A stretch of DNA of 64,000 nucleotides. Source: Patescibacteria group bacterium (GTDB lineage Bacteria > Patescibacteriota > Microgenomatia > UBA1400 > PJMF01). The notes under the pieces are model-generated. The model saw only the letters and a program-made list of their open reading frames with translations. It was not told the DNA's origin and searched no databases. Below are positions 1-9,224 of the stretch, piece after piece. Within the stretch, counting starts at the first letter, position 1; every line of letters starts with the position of its first letter. Position numbers and translations under genes: made by a program. The stretch lies in assembly GCA_016861205.1 (NCBI GenBank), contig BOKX01000001.1:72539-136538 (forward strand). The letters are read 5' to 3'.

Positions 1-363
1 CCGCTGGCAAGGAATACAGCTCAATTTGCGACCAATTTTGGCTTTTGAGAAAAGTTGCTAATGCAGCGTAGACTTCTGTTGCCCGCGAAGCAGAGACGAT
101 AAAGTCCAAGTAGTCACTTTCCTCTGGTCCCCCGATAAGTTGCCAGTGGTCGTCTTGTCTGGATAGTGGAGCTATTCCCAGTAACTGATCCTCTTCCCAG
201 ATGGCGACAAGCTGCAGTTCACCTTGACCAAGATGTTCCCACCAAGCTGCTAAGTACGTTGGTTGCTGAAATGGGGTTGCTGTCTGGCTGTTGGCCAAGA
301 GTTCGCGCCATCGTTCTGAAGTGAGGCGGTTATCAAACCAAGTAGTGTGTGTTGTTACGGTCA
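1..363 (-). CDS. FemAB-like/GNAT-fold acetyltransferase, 5' part only (gene runs off window start)
   Basis: Minus-strand ORF starting ATG at 361-363 with no stop before position 1. Translation MTVTTHTTWFDNRLTSERWRELLANSQTATPFQQPTYLAAWWEHLGQGELQLVAIWEEDQLLGIAPL... resembles the N-terminus of Acetyltransf_6/FemAB-like proteins. Not in the ORF track because it is truncated. Confidence 0.45.
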
Positions 364-537
364 TACGAAAAGGTTATTTCGGCCAGTCATTATTTTCATA
401 TTATAGAGTACGTCAGAGTTTTACTGTGGCACTTTATAATGATCCTGTCTGATACAAGGGACCTTTTTCCAATCCACAACTACGCATTGAATGTGTATGA
501 AAGCGGGAGTATACTCGCGTTTTCGCTCACTTGTGAG

Positions 538-855
538 ATGAGTGAGTCAACACGAAAGGTAGTTATGGTAGCATCACTTGAACACGAAGTTGAACAGACA
601 TTGGCAGTTGTTGCTGAAACAGGTGCTCTGCCGACAGCAGAGCAAATTGAGGCCCAACTGGACATTATCAAACACAATCGCTTAGATGTGGCTGGCTGGT
701 TACGGAGTATTGCCACTGAACCGAAAGGTGAAGTTGCATTTGCTATGGCAGTGGCCGGTATGGTGGGCGGTGTGGTGTTAACTCCCTTTATTGCCATTCC
801 CGCTGCCATCGAACTAGCTCGCCAGGTCTACCTGGAAACTCGCCGCGACAAGTAA
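538..855 (+). CDS. hypothetical small protein with hydrophobic C-terminus
   Basis: The ORF track gives 349..855. The first 63 codons are low-complexity, so I prefer the internal ATG at about 538 (MSESTRKVV...). No recognisable domain. Confidence 0.3.
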   Translation: MSESTRKVVMVASLEHEVEQTLAVVAETGALPTAEQIEAQLDIIKHNRLDVAGWLRSIATEPKGEVAFAMAVAGMVGGVVLTPFIAIPAAIELARQVYLETRRDK

Positions 856-881
856 GCAAATAAGCCAAGTCTCAAGCAAGG

Positions 882-1502
882 CTAGTACTGGAACTTGCGA
901 ATCAGGCCCACCACTCTACCCTGGATCTGGACATTCGTGGCGTAGATTGGGCTCATGGTGGAGTTGGCTGGTTCGAGCCGGACTCGAGTCACTTCTTTGT
1001 AGAACCGTTTCAGCGTAGCCAGGCCGTTATCGAGCAGTGCAACTACGATGTCGCCGTTGTTGACCTCTTGAGTTTCTTCAATCACGACGTAGTCGCCGTC
1101 ATCGATATGATCCTCGATCATGGACTTGCCTTTGACCTGCAGCACGTAGGCACGACGTTTGCCAGTGATCATTTCAGGTGAAACTTTGAAAGCAGCGTTG
1201 GGATCGGTGTGAGGTTCAATCGGTGAACCTGCGGCGATGAAGCCCAAGAGCGGCAGATCAACACTGTCAGTCATCTTGACGAAAGTGCGATCAATCAGCT
1301 CGATACCGCGAACGGTGCCTTCAAACTTTTTGATGACTTTTTTGCGTTGCAAAGCTTGCAAGTGTTCATGAACCGTAGCTAAAGACGACACGCCGATGGC
1401 ATCAGCAATTTCTTGCAGCGTTGGTGAGTAACCATTTTTCTGGATGTACTGGGCAATGTAATCGACAATCTGGCGTTGGCGTTTGTACAGGGTGATAGGC
1501 AT
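882..1502 (-). CDS. lexA: LexA repressor (S24 peptidase)
   Basis: N-terminal winged-HTH (SPTLQEIADAIGVSSLATVHEHLQAL) and C-terminal S24 autopeptidase region with GKSM Ser and downstream Lys; 206 aa. Confidence 0.9.
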   Translation of the reverse strand: MPITLYKRQRQIVDYIAQYIQKNGYSPTLQEIADAIGVSSLATVHEHLQALQRKKVIKKFEGTVRGIELIDRTFVKMTDSVDLPLLGFIAAGSPIEPHTDPNAAFKVSPEMITGKRRAYVLQVKGKSMIEDHIDDGDYVVIEETQEVNNGDIVVALLDNGLATLKRFYKEVTRVRLEPANSTMSPIYATNVQIQGRVVGLIRKFQY

Positions 1503-1692
1503 GGGGTCCTTTCGTCTCTTTTACGGCGTAACTTTCCCGAATCTTGACCTAAGAGTACCGAATCAAGACCGAACTCGACAACTAGATCTTTACTACATTA
1601 AAATGCTCAAAATATATCAAATACACCCAGGTGGCGAAGGTAACCAGAAACTGGTATCACCAGGTCCCTTCAGTCTGCTAGAATAGCCATCT

Positions 1693-2343
1693 ATGCAACT
1701 TATTTCTTCCATTGTTAGTTTTATTCTGCACATCGATGTTCACTTAGCTGAACTGGTCGCTCAGTACGGTCCACTGACGTATGGCATCTTATTTAGCATT
1801 GTGTTTGCCGAGACTGGGTTTATTGTGACGCCGTTTTTACCTGGTGATTCGCTGCTTTTTGCAATTGGGGCCTTGTCAGCTCTTGGTTCATTTAACTTGT
1901 GGCTTTCATTGGCAGTGCTTGCTACAGCCGCCATTCTGGGTGACACCGTAAACTACTGGATCGGTCATTTTTTCGGCCAAAAAATTGTCGACAACCCTAA
2001 CATTCCCTTTATCAATCAAGAGCATATCGACAAAACCCAAGCTTTCTATAAGAAACATGGTGGCAAAACTATTGTGCTAGCTCGGTTTGTGCCGATTGTT
2101 CGCACTTTTGCTCCTTTTGTGGCTGGCATCGGCAAGATGGATTACAGCCAATTTTTCTTGTACAACATCGTTGGTGGTCTGACTTGGGTGTTTAGCTTTA
2201 CTTTGCTTGGCTACTTTTTTGGAAACTTGCCCGCAGTTAAAGAAAACTTTACCTTTGCCGTGTTAGGCATCATCGCCGTTTCGGTGCTGCCCATGGTATG
2301 GGAGTTTGTTAAAGAAAAAAGATCTGCCCAACACTCGAAGTAG
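1693..2343 (+). CDS. DedA/VTT-domain membrane protein
   Basis: LTYGILFSIVFAETGFIVTPFLPGDSLLFAIGAL is the classical DedA/SNARE-associated motif; multi-TM; divergent from lexA. Confidence 0.8.
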   Translation: MQLISSIVSFILHIDVHLAELVAQYGPLTYGILFSIVFAETGFIVTPFLPGDSLLFAIGALSALGSFNLWLSLAVLATAAILGDTVNYWIGHFFGQKIVDNPNIPFINQEHIDKTQAFYKKHGGKTIVLARFVPIVRTFAPFVAGIGKMDYSQFFLYNIVGGLTWVFSFTLLGYFFGNLPAVKENFTFAVLGIIAVSVLPMVWEFVKEKRSAQHSK

Positions 2344-2357
2344 TTCGAGTCGCAACT

Positions 2358-2738
2358 ATGTTAGAAGAACACAATACCTTGCTAAGGGTAGCTGGTCCTG
2401 TCTGGAATGAAGCACAGCAACTCTCGAGTTTAGAACAAAAACTGGAACGAAGTTTTTACATTCTGGCGACAGTATGTGGTGCTGAGGCGGCTATCGCATT
2501 CTTGTACATGGCTGGTGTTGACCTAGCACGAGAGGTGGCAAGAGCTGGCTTACTACTTGTTGCTCAAGCAACTCTTTATCATTGGTGGTCGTTTGGTAAA
2601 TATCTTAGCTCATCAATGAACATTGCTGCCCACATAGCTGGTAGCTCGATTGAAACAACTGAGCCAGATTACCAACCAGAAGCTGATGTCTACTCGTCAC
2701 TCTTGTCCCACGAAGATTTGTTTGGCGAACAGGTTTAG
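2358..2738 (+). CDS. hypothetical protein
   Basis: 126-aa ORF with no recognisable motif; a short gap separates it from dedA. Confidence 0.3.
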   Translation: MLEEHNTLLRVAGPVWNEAQQLSSLEQKLERSFYILATVCGAEAAIAFLYMAGVDLAREVARAGLLLVAQATLYHWWSFGKYLSSSMNIAAHIAGSSIETTEPDYQPEADVYSSLLSHEDLFGEQV

Positions 2739-4426
2739 ATTAACGCCCGGCCAGTCATACTTTCTGGTTTGTTGATGCCCATGATGTGAAGCATGGTTGG
2801 AGCTACGTCGGCCAAGATTCCCGTTGGTAACATGACTGGCTTGTTCATGAACTGTTTGCCAATGATGATGAATGGCACCGGATATGTTGAGTGTTCTGTG
2901 TCAACCTCACCGGTGGTGTTACTGATCATTTCCTCGGCGTTACCATGGTCTGCGGTAATCAAAACGACTCCTCCGCGGTGAAAGACTTCTTTGACGATAC
3001 TACCGACCACCTCATCCAGGATTTCACAGGCCTTGATGCCAGCTTCTAAGTTACCAGTGTGCCCAACCATGTCTGCATTGGCAAAGTTACAGATGATGAC
3101 ATCATAGGTTTCTTCTTGAATACGCTTAATCATCTCGGCCCCAATTTCACGAGCGCTCATCTCAGGAATTTGATCATATGACTTGGCACCTTTCGAAGGC
3201 ACGATGACTCGGTCTTCACCAGGGAACATCAGTTCTTGTTGACCGTTCATGTAGTAGGTGACGAACCGTTCTTTTTCGGTTTCTGCCATGCGCAGTTGCC
3301 GCAGTCCGTGCTCAGCCATGACCTTACAGATTGGGTTTTTGACGAACTGAGGCGGAAATGCCACATCAACTGCCAAGCCTTCTTCATAGCGGGTCATGGT
3401 GGTGAAGTACAAGTTGCTGAGTACTTTGCGGCGGGTAAACGTGCTTCCGCCCACCGACTGTTTCAAGTGAGACTTTTCGTACTTAATCGAGTACGGGTCA
3501 AAACCTTCTTGTTTTATACCTTGCTCAAAGTCTGGCAACACGAATGCTTTTGTGAGCTCACGAGGCCGGTCGATACGGTAGTTAAAGAAAATGACAGCAT
3601 CGTTATCTTGAATGATGCGAGGTTGACCATTGGGATCACAAATTTTGATTGGTTCAATAAACTCATCGGTGATGCCCTGATTGTATTGCTGTTGCATGGC
3701 TTCTGAAGCATTCTGAGTGCAAACCCCCACGCCGTCGGTCAAAGCATCGTACGCTTTTTGGACGCGTTCCCACCGTTTATCACGATCCATCGCATAGTAA
3801 CGACCCATCAAGGATGCAAACTGGCCCACGCCCAATTTTTTACAGTGAGCCTCGATTTGCTGAATATAGTTGATACCTGATGTCGGCGGTGAGTCGCGGC
3901 CATCGGTGAAGCCGTGAATGTACACATTGCTCACGCCCTCTTGTTTACACAAGTTCAACAGTGCATAGAGATGCTCAATATTGGAGTGGACGCCACCTGA
4001 TCCGATTAAACCCATCAGATGCAAGGTGGAGTTGTTTTGTTTAACATGATTAAAGGTGTTCATGAAAGCCGGGTTGGTATTAAAGGAGCCGTCAGCAATG
4101 GCCATGTTAATACGTGGCAAGTCTTGGTACACAATACTGCCGGCACCGATATTGAGATGGCCCGTCTCGGTGTTGCCATCTTCCCCGCGAGGTAAACCAA
4201 CTGCTTCACCGCTGGCAGCTAGCTGGGTGTGTGGAAACGACAGCCAATACTTGGTCATGTTGGGGGTTTTGGCCTGTGCAATAGCATTGCCGGCATTGTT
4301 GGGACCGATGCCCCAACCATCAAGGACCAGTAAAACAGCAGGACGTGGTCCACGATATGGTTGCTGCTGATGCGTGGCATCAAAAGGTAGACTGGTAATA
4401 ATGGGTTGAATCATGGAGTCGGTCAT
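2735..4426 (-). CDS. gpmI: 2,3-bisphosphoglycerate-independent phosphoglycerate mutase
   Basis: 563 aa; N-terminal LVLDGWG metal-binding motif; iPGM-length alkaline-phosphatase-superfamily protein; directly downstream of eno. Confidence 0.9.
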   Translation of the reverse strand: MTDSMIQPIITSLPFDATHQQQPYRGPRPAVLLVLDGWGIGPNNAGNAIAQAKTPNMTKYWLSFPHTQLAASGEAVGLPRGEDGNTETGHLNIGAGSIVYQDLPRINMAIADGSFNTNPAFMNTFNHVKQNNSTLHLMGLIGSGGVHSNIEHLYALLNLCKQEGVSNVYIHGFTDGRDSPPTSGINYIQQIEAHCKKLGVGQFASLMGRYYAMDRDKRWERVQKAYDALTDGVGVCTQNASEAMQQQYNQGITDEFIEPIKICDPNGQPRIIQDNDAVIFFNYRIDRPRELTKAFVLPDFEQGIKQEGFDPYSIKYEKSHLKQSVGGSTFTRRKVLSNLYFTTMTRYEEGLAVDVAFPPQFVKNPICKVMAEHGLRQLRMAETEKERFVTYYMNGQQELMFPGEDRVIVPSKGAKSYDQIPEMSAREIGAEMIKRIQEETYDVIICNFANADMVGHTGNLEAGIKACEILDEVVGSIVKEVFHRGGVVLITADHGNAEEMISNTTGEVDTEHSTYPVPFIIIGKQFMNKPVMLPTGILADVAPTMLHIMGINKPESMTGRALI

Positions 4427-5766
4427 GCGGGCGATTCTACGCTACTTGATGTTGATTCCGGTGCGGTTTGAGGAGCAGCTGTGGCAGCGGCTTGTTGCGA
4501 CATGATTTGCAAATCACTGTAGATCTGAGTCAAACGATTATATTTTTCGATTCGTTCACCTCTATTTGGTGGACCAAACTTAACATAATCACTGCCCATG
4601 CCGACAGCCAGGTCAGCTATTAAGTTATCATTCGTCTCGCCACTGCGGTGCGAGAAAATCACTTGCCACCCCGCGCTGCGGGCCAGCTGAATGACTTCCA
4701 CCGTTTCAGTAATAGTTCCGATCTGGTTCGGCTTGATCAAGATGGCGTTGCAGGTGCGATCTTTAATGGCCTGTTCAGTTTTTGCTTTGTTCGTTGCCAG
4801 CAAACTATCGCCAACGATCAAGGTGGTTTCCCCAAGCTCGGCGGTCAGAGCTTGCCAAGATTTGGCATCATCATCGTCAAAGGGGTCCTCTAGATAGAAA
4901 ACGTGGTACGAGTTGCGCATCGACTTGTAATACTCGATAAGTTCTTGCGATGAAAATGGTTGAGTTTTATCTTTTAGGTGGTACTTACCCGCCTCGAAAA
5001 ACTCGGCAGCAGCTATATCGACGCCAAAAAAGAGGTCCTGAGCTAAGGTGTACGGTGAAGTTTTAATAGTTTCGACCAAAATTTCCAGCGCATCAGTGTT
5101 GTTGTACAGATTCGGGGCGAAGCCACCTTGCAAACCAACTGAGTGAATAGCACCTTTGGCGATCAGCACTTCTTCAAGTTTGTGAAACAGCACCATAGCC
5201 ATGTTGAGTGATGCCAAGTAATCTACGTAGCTGGCGGGGATGATCTGAAACTCTTGAATGTCGAGGTTGTCCGCACCGTGCTCGCCACCGTTGATAAGAC
5301 AGTAAATACAGGTCGGGATACTCAAGCTTTGGGTCAACTGATACTTTTGTTGAACATAGTAGTACACAGGCCAGTTATTCGCAGCGGCTCCGGCTTTCAA
5401 GATAGCTTGTGAGGCAGCCAAGATACTGTTCGCACCCAACTTGGCTTTGTTGGCCGTGCCATCTAGACCGACGAGGAGCTGATCGAGTTCAGCTTGTTGC
5501 GTCGGATCCTTTCCGATTAGCTGGGGCGCGATGACCGTGTTGAGAGCTTCGACCGCGTGTAACACCCCCTGACCCAGCATTCTGCCAGTATCGCCATCTC
5601 GCAACTCGAGAGCTTCGTACTTACCCTTGGAAGTACCAGTTGGCACGCTGGTGGTGACACTTTGTCCAGAATCAAGCCACAGCGTACACTCCACGGTGGG
5701 GATACCGCGGGAGTCAAGAATTTCTCGTCCTTGCACGCTATGTATGGTTGGCATACGGTCGATCAA
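4423..5766 (-). CDS. eno: enolase
   Basis: SVQGREILDSRGIPTVECTLWLDSG N-terminus and full enolase-length C-terminal barrel; the true start is probably MPTIHS at about 5754. Confidence 0.95.
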   Translation of the reverse strand: MIDRMPTIHSVQGREILDSRGIPTVECTLWLDSGQSVTTSVPTGTSKGKYEALELRDGDTGRMLGQGVLHAVEALNTVIAPQLIGKDPTQQAELDQLLVGLDGTANKAKLGANSILAASQAILKAGAAANNWPVYYYVQQKYQLTQSLSIPTCIYCLINGGEHGADNLDIQEFQIIPASYVDYLASLNMAMVLFHKLEEVLIAKGAIHSVGLQGGFAPNLYNNTDALEILVETIKTSPYTLAQDLFFGVDIAAAEFFEAGKYHLKDKTQPFSSQELIEYYKSMRNSYHVFYLEDPFDDDDAKSWQALTAELGETTLIVGDSLLATNKAKTEQAIKDRTCNAILIKPNQIGTITETVEVIQLARSAGWQVIFSHRSGETNDNLIADLAVGMGSDYVKFGPPNRGERIEKYNRLTQIYSDLQIMSQQAAATAAPQTAPESTSSSVESPA

Positions 5767-7981
5767 GCCATTGGGCCTCGGTTACCATAATACTGGCTTT
5801 CAGCTGGCTTGCAAACTGGGGCTGGCACACAAAGCCGGTGGCTCCCAAACTGACACCCCACTCTACCCAACGTTGGTCAAGATGACCAAGCGAGAGATAC
5901 AAGGGTACTTGGTGAGTCTGATGAGAACCTGAAGGTGAAGAGCACTGTTTCAGATACTGCCATGTGGTAGCGAGCAAGTGTTGGGTAGGACCAAGCTCAG
6001 CTTGATAACGTTCAACCAGTTCTGGTTGGTGTGGGTCGATGCCAACCATTTTGGACTGGATCGCCTGAGTATTAAAAATAAACCCATGCATGGCCGGTAA
6101 TTGGCCGGTGAGGATCTCGATTACCAACTGTGGGTTATCGATTTGCAGCCAGGTCGCGTGCAGAACTCGATGGTAGGGTGAGTTGGCTAAGTAGGTTGTT
6201 AACCACTCCAACTCACTCAGCGTTCGGACACCAGTTATAAGCAGTTGCAACTGCGGTTGCTGGTGCCGCCAAGTTTCAAACAGCTCGAGCTCCCACTCGA
6301 GTAGCCACGGATGTTCGCGATAACGAGCAATGCCTCGAAGTCCAAAGTCTGGATTAGGTCCAGGACTTTCTGAGGACGTACCTTGTTCAGCTTGATTGAT
6401 ATCTCGCCAACTCCAGTCACCAAGCTGGTACCAGCTGTGGGCGGGATGCAATCCTGTCACAACGGTGGAGTCTGCAATAACTTTGTTGATTAAGATTGCC
6501 CGACGATCTGGATAGCGAGTGATCGCTGGATCAATACCTTGGCGAGTCAGCCAAGACTGAGACTCCCAGACCACACCTTGTGCCGCAAGTAAAATCTCAG
6601 TGGTTAAACTGGGGGTAACGTGGGTAATGACTTGGCTGGCGGTTGCGATTTGCCGAGTGGTGGTGTGAGTGGTCTCGGTTGCCCAAACTTCACCGCGATC
6701 AGCGCGCATCATAATGACCTCACCGGTTCTGATCCGAGTTGTTGCTTGTCGAGCCTTCATGATGGTGGGAATACCGGCTTGGGTGAGTACTTTCAGGACA
6801 ACTGGACTGGAGATGGCGCTTTCACAGATCAGGCCTGCCGCAGTTTGGAGACCAGAAAGCTGTGTGGGACTGACAGTGTCACAGATTGCAATTTCGCCTG
6901 GACGCAGTTGGTGCCAGTCAGCGCTATGGTTCGTGAGGACCCGAGCTTGGGCTTGAACTTGGCCGCTCACGACCGTTTGGCCGACGGCCACTCGCTTGGC
7001 TTTGGTATCAGCGAGTGGGTGAGCCTCACCCAACGGTTGTAAGTCCCAAATAAACCACTGGCCATTGATCAACCGCCAGTTGACCACTTGGTGCTCAAAC
7101 TGGGTTTGTTTGACACGATGGACAATGTCGCTTAGCTCCAGAATTTGTTCAGTAGTGAGTGGCGAGTGATCCCCCTTGAGGGTCAACGATTGCTCTTTCC
7201 AGCCACCAAGTACCGCGACTAGCTGGTGACTCTGAGGTCGAACAACACGCCTGACTAAAATGTGATTTCGCACATCGACCTCAAAACTCGATTGATCGAT
7301 GGCGCTTTTGACTTCATGGTACTCACCTCGCACCGCGTAGATGAGGACATGTTTAGCATGAGTGAAGGGTTGGTGGGTAAAAGCTACCCCGCTAGCTTGT
7401 GGTGTTTCGCGTAGCTGTAAGAGCCACGGTTGAGCCGGCAGTTGCTGGCCGAGGAGTTGCTGATAATTGCTGAGTAAAGTATCCGCTGTCCAAGTCTGCG
7501 CCCAAGCCAGTTGCAGTGACTCAAGTAGGTTCGCATCGCCTTGAATACACTCAAGCTCAGGTGAGCTGAGTTGTGATCGGGTCCATTCACCGAGTGCAGT
7601 TGGTGTTGGGTAACTTGGTCGCAAACTCACCATCGCTTGATGTCCCCAGTGATGATAAGCAGACCGCACGGCGGCTACTGCTGTTGACGGCCAGTGCCAC
7701 TGGCTCACTACACTTTTGACACGATCAGCCTGATCAGCGCGGTGGGCGGGGTTGTCCCACTCAGTTGATTCTAGAAGTAAGCGCAGCTGCGTAAGCTGAT
7801 CTGGTCCGCCAAGTTGTTGGAACAGTGTGCTGGGGACGACTAGAGTTGGAGTGATGGGAATGCCTTGGTCGGCTAGCGCAGCCAGCTGCTTTGCCTCCCC
7901 TCCGACCACGGCGGTTGGCCAAGCACTCAATTCAGCTAGGGACAGAATAGCCGGTGACTCCACACTTCTATAGTAGCGCAA
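5738..7981 (-). CDS. phosphoenolpyruvate synthase/pyruvate phosphate dikinase-like protein (canonical domain order; swivel His apparently substituted)
   Basis: N-terminal PPDK_N-type ATP-grasp (VVGGEAKQLAALADQGIPITP ... VVNWRLINGQWFIWDLQPL). Central PEP-utilising mobile domain (GEIAICDTVSPTQLSGLQTAAGLICESAISSPVVLKVLTQAGIPTIM), where the usual GG.TSHAAI His appears to be replaced. C-terminal about 300 aa compatible with a PEP-utilising TIM barrel. Confidence 0.55.
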   Translation of the reverse strand: MRYYRSVESPAILSLAELSAWPTAVVGGEAKQLAALADQGIPITPTLVVPSTLFQQLGGPDQLTQLRLLLESTEWDNPAHRADQADRVKSVVSQWHWPSTAVAAVRSAYHHWGHQAMVSLRPSYPTPTALGEWTRSQLSSPELECIQGDANLLESLQLAWAQTWTADTLLSNYQQLLGQQLPAQPWLLQLRETPQASGVAFTHQPFTHAKHVLIYAVRGEYHEVKSAIDQSSFEVDVRNHILVRRVVRPQSHQLVAVLGGWKEQSLTLKGDHSPLTTEQILELSDIVHRVKQTQFEHQVVNWRLINGQWFIWDLQPLGEAHPLADTKAKRVAVGQTVVSGQVQAQARVLTNHSADWHQLRPGEIAICDTVSPTQLSGLQTAAGLICESAISSPVVLKVLTQAGIPTIMKARQATTRIRTGEVIMMRADRGEVWATETTHTTTRQIATASQVITHVTPSLTTEILLAAQGVVWESQSWLTRQGIDPAITRYPDRRAILINKVIADSTVVTGLHPAHSWYQLGDWSWRDINQAEQGTSSESPGPNPDFGLRGIARYREHPWLLEWELELFETWRHQQPQLQLLITGVRTLSELEWLTTYLANSPYHRVLHATWLQIDNPQLVIEILTGQLPAMHGFIFNTQAIQSKMVGIDPHQPELVERYQAELGPTQHLLATTWQYLKQCSSPSGSHQTHQVPLYLSLGHLDQRWVEWGVSLGATGFVCQPQFASQLKASIMVTEAQWLDRPYANHT

Positions 7982-8047
7982 AACGTACCTACTCGGCTAG
8001 CCCAGGAACACCTGGCGCCTTATAGGACCAGCCCGCGAGCTGATATT

Positions 8048-9220
8048 TTAGGCTTGAGTGACAATGACGGTTGATGCCTGATCAGTTGTGAGCTGATACT
8101 GGCTCAGACCAGCCGGCACAAAGGCGGCTTGGCCCTTGGCGAGGGTTACTTCACCTGCCGAGGTAGTCAAAGTAACTTGACCGGTTTTCACAAACACATG
8201 GGCAAAGGAGTCGTCTAGTTCCAGCGTTGTAGCAGGTGTGGCTGCCGGCAAATCGAGTAAGGTTGTTCGGTAGAACTCGTTAGTGAACAACTCTGTCAAT
8301 GTGGCTGAGCCTTGGTGACGAGTTTGAGTGGTTTGGAAGAAGTGTTCCGGTTGATTAAAAGCTGCGTTTCGATCCAGGCCATGGAAGTAATCTTCAATTG
8401 ATAGCGGCCTGACTCCCCCATCATCTTTGATGCTACCCTGATCAAAAGATCGGAGCGTACAGTTCTCGTCGCGGACGTCGAGCTGGACTTCATAGACAAT
8501 GTTGCCAAGCGGTTGACCGGGATCAACTTCCCAAGAGTGGTGAATGCCTCCGCCGGAGAGATCGATAATGTGGTCGCGCTCGACTCGAACAGTGTTTACA
8601 AATCGGCGCGGATGATCTTCATCAATAAAAGCCTTCAATTCTTGTTTGCCAGCTGCGAGACTCAGTTCCCCGGCTTTGATTCGCCGACTGATGTCTTGGG
8701 CAAAAGCATGGATAGCCAAGCAGCGTTGCTGGTACTCAGCGACATCGCAACCCGGTGCCAAGCCGAGGGTGATCAGGCCAGGTTCGAAGTAGTACCACGA
8801 CTCTGGTTTTGGTTGCCAATGGCCGAACTCTTGGCCGATTTTGACGTGCGCCTGATACGAGTTGCTTTTAGCTTGGGTAAACTTGATGAGGGTTTTGAGT
8901 TGGCCCTGGGTTTTCTCAGTGACCCGGCGACCGAGCATGGCAGCCGCGTCTTCAGCTAGGAGCTTGCCGATGGGGAGTGCTGTTGTTGTCTCACCAAACA
9001 GCTCAGGATGAGCCACGTCAGTGGCGGTCGCCAGAGCAAACCGAGGTTCGCTGCTGGGTTCGGTTGCCAAAAGTGATTCGCCGTACAGTTCAAATGATTG
9101 ACCAATTTTCTGACCCTCGAGCTTTGCATGCTTGAGGTTTTTGAACTCAGCAATATACTCGCCACCCCAGGTCGGTTGTTCTACGAGCAAGGGAATAATG
9201 TAGTACGGTTTCAAGTTCAT
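8048..9220 (-). CDS. class I mannose-6-phosphate isomerase-like cupin protein
   Basis: N-terminal PLLVEQPTWGG matches the Bacillus-type PMI (FKEKIWGG), as do the HVKIGQE and ESWYYFEPG motifs; 390 aa. Confidence 0.5.
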   Translation of the reverse strand: MNLKPYYIIPLLVEQPTWGGEYIAEFKNLKHAKLEGQKIGQSFELYGESLLATEPSSEPRFALATATDVAHPELFGETTTALPIGKLLAEDAAAMLGRRVTEKTQGQLKTLIKFTQAKSNSYQAHVKIGQEFGHWQPKPESWYYFEPGLITLGLAPGCDVAEYQQRCLAIHAFAQDISRRIKAGELSLAAGKQELKAFIDEDHPRRFVNTVRVERDHIIDLSGGGIHHSWEVDPGQPLGNIVYEVQLDVRDENCTLRSFDQGSIKDDGGVRPLSIEDYFHGLDRNAAFNQPEHFFQTTQTRHQGSATLTELFTNEFYRTTLLDLPAATPATTLELDDSFAHVFVKTGQVTLTTSAGEVTLAKGQAAFVPAGLSQYQLTTDQASTVIVTQA

Positions 9221-9224
9221 GCGA

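Noticed and set aside
1483-1686. 67-aa ORF in the lexA upstream region
   Set aside because: It overlaps the lexA start and its likely promoter or operator, and it is low-complexity with no SD. It is probably non-coding regulatory DNA.
3236-3706. 156-aa plus-strand ORF, plus other antisense ORFs inside gpmI, eno and the PEP-synthase-like gene (2793..2981, 4056..4370, 4648..4897, 6620..7042, 7384..7590)
   Set aside because: They are antisense to well-supported conserved enzymes and carry no motifs of their own.
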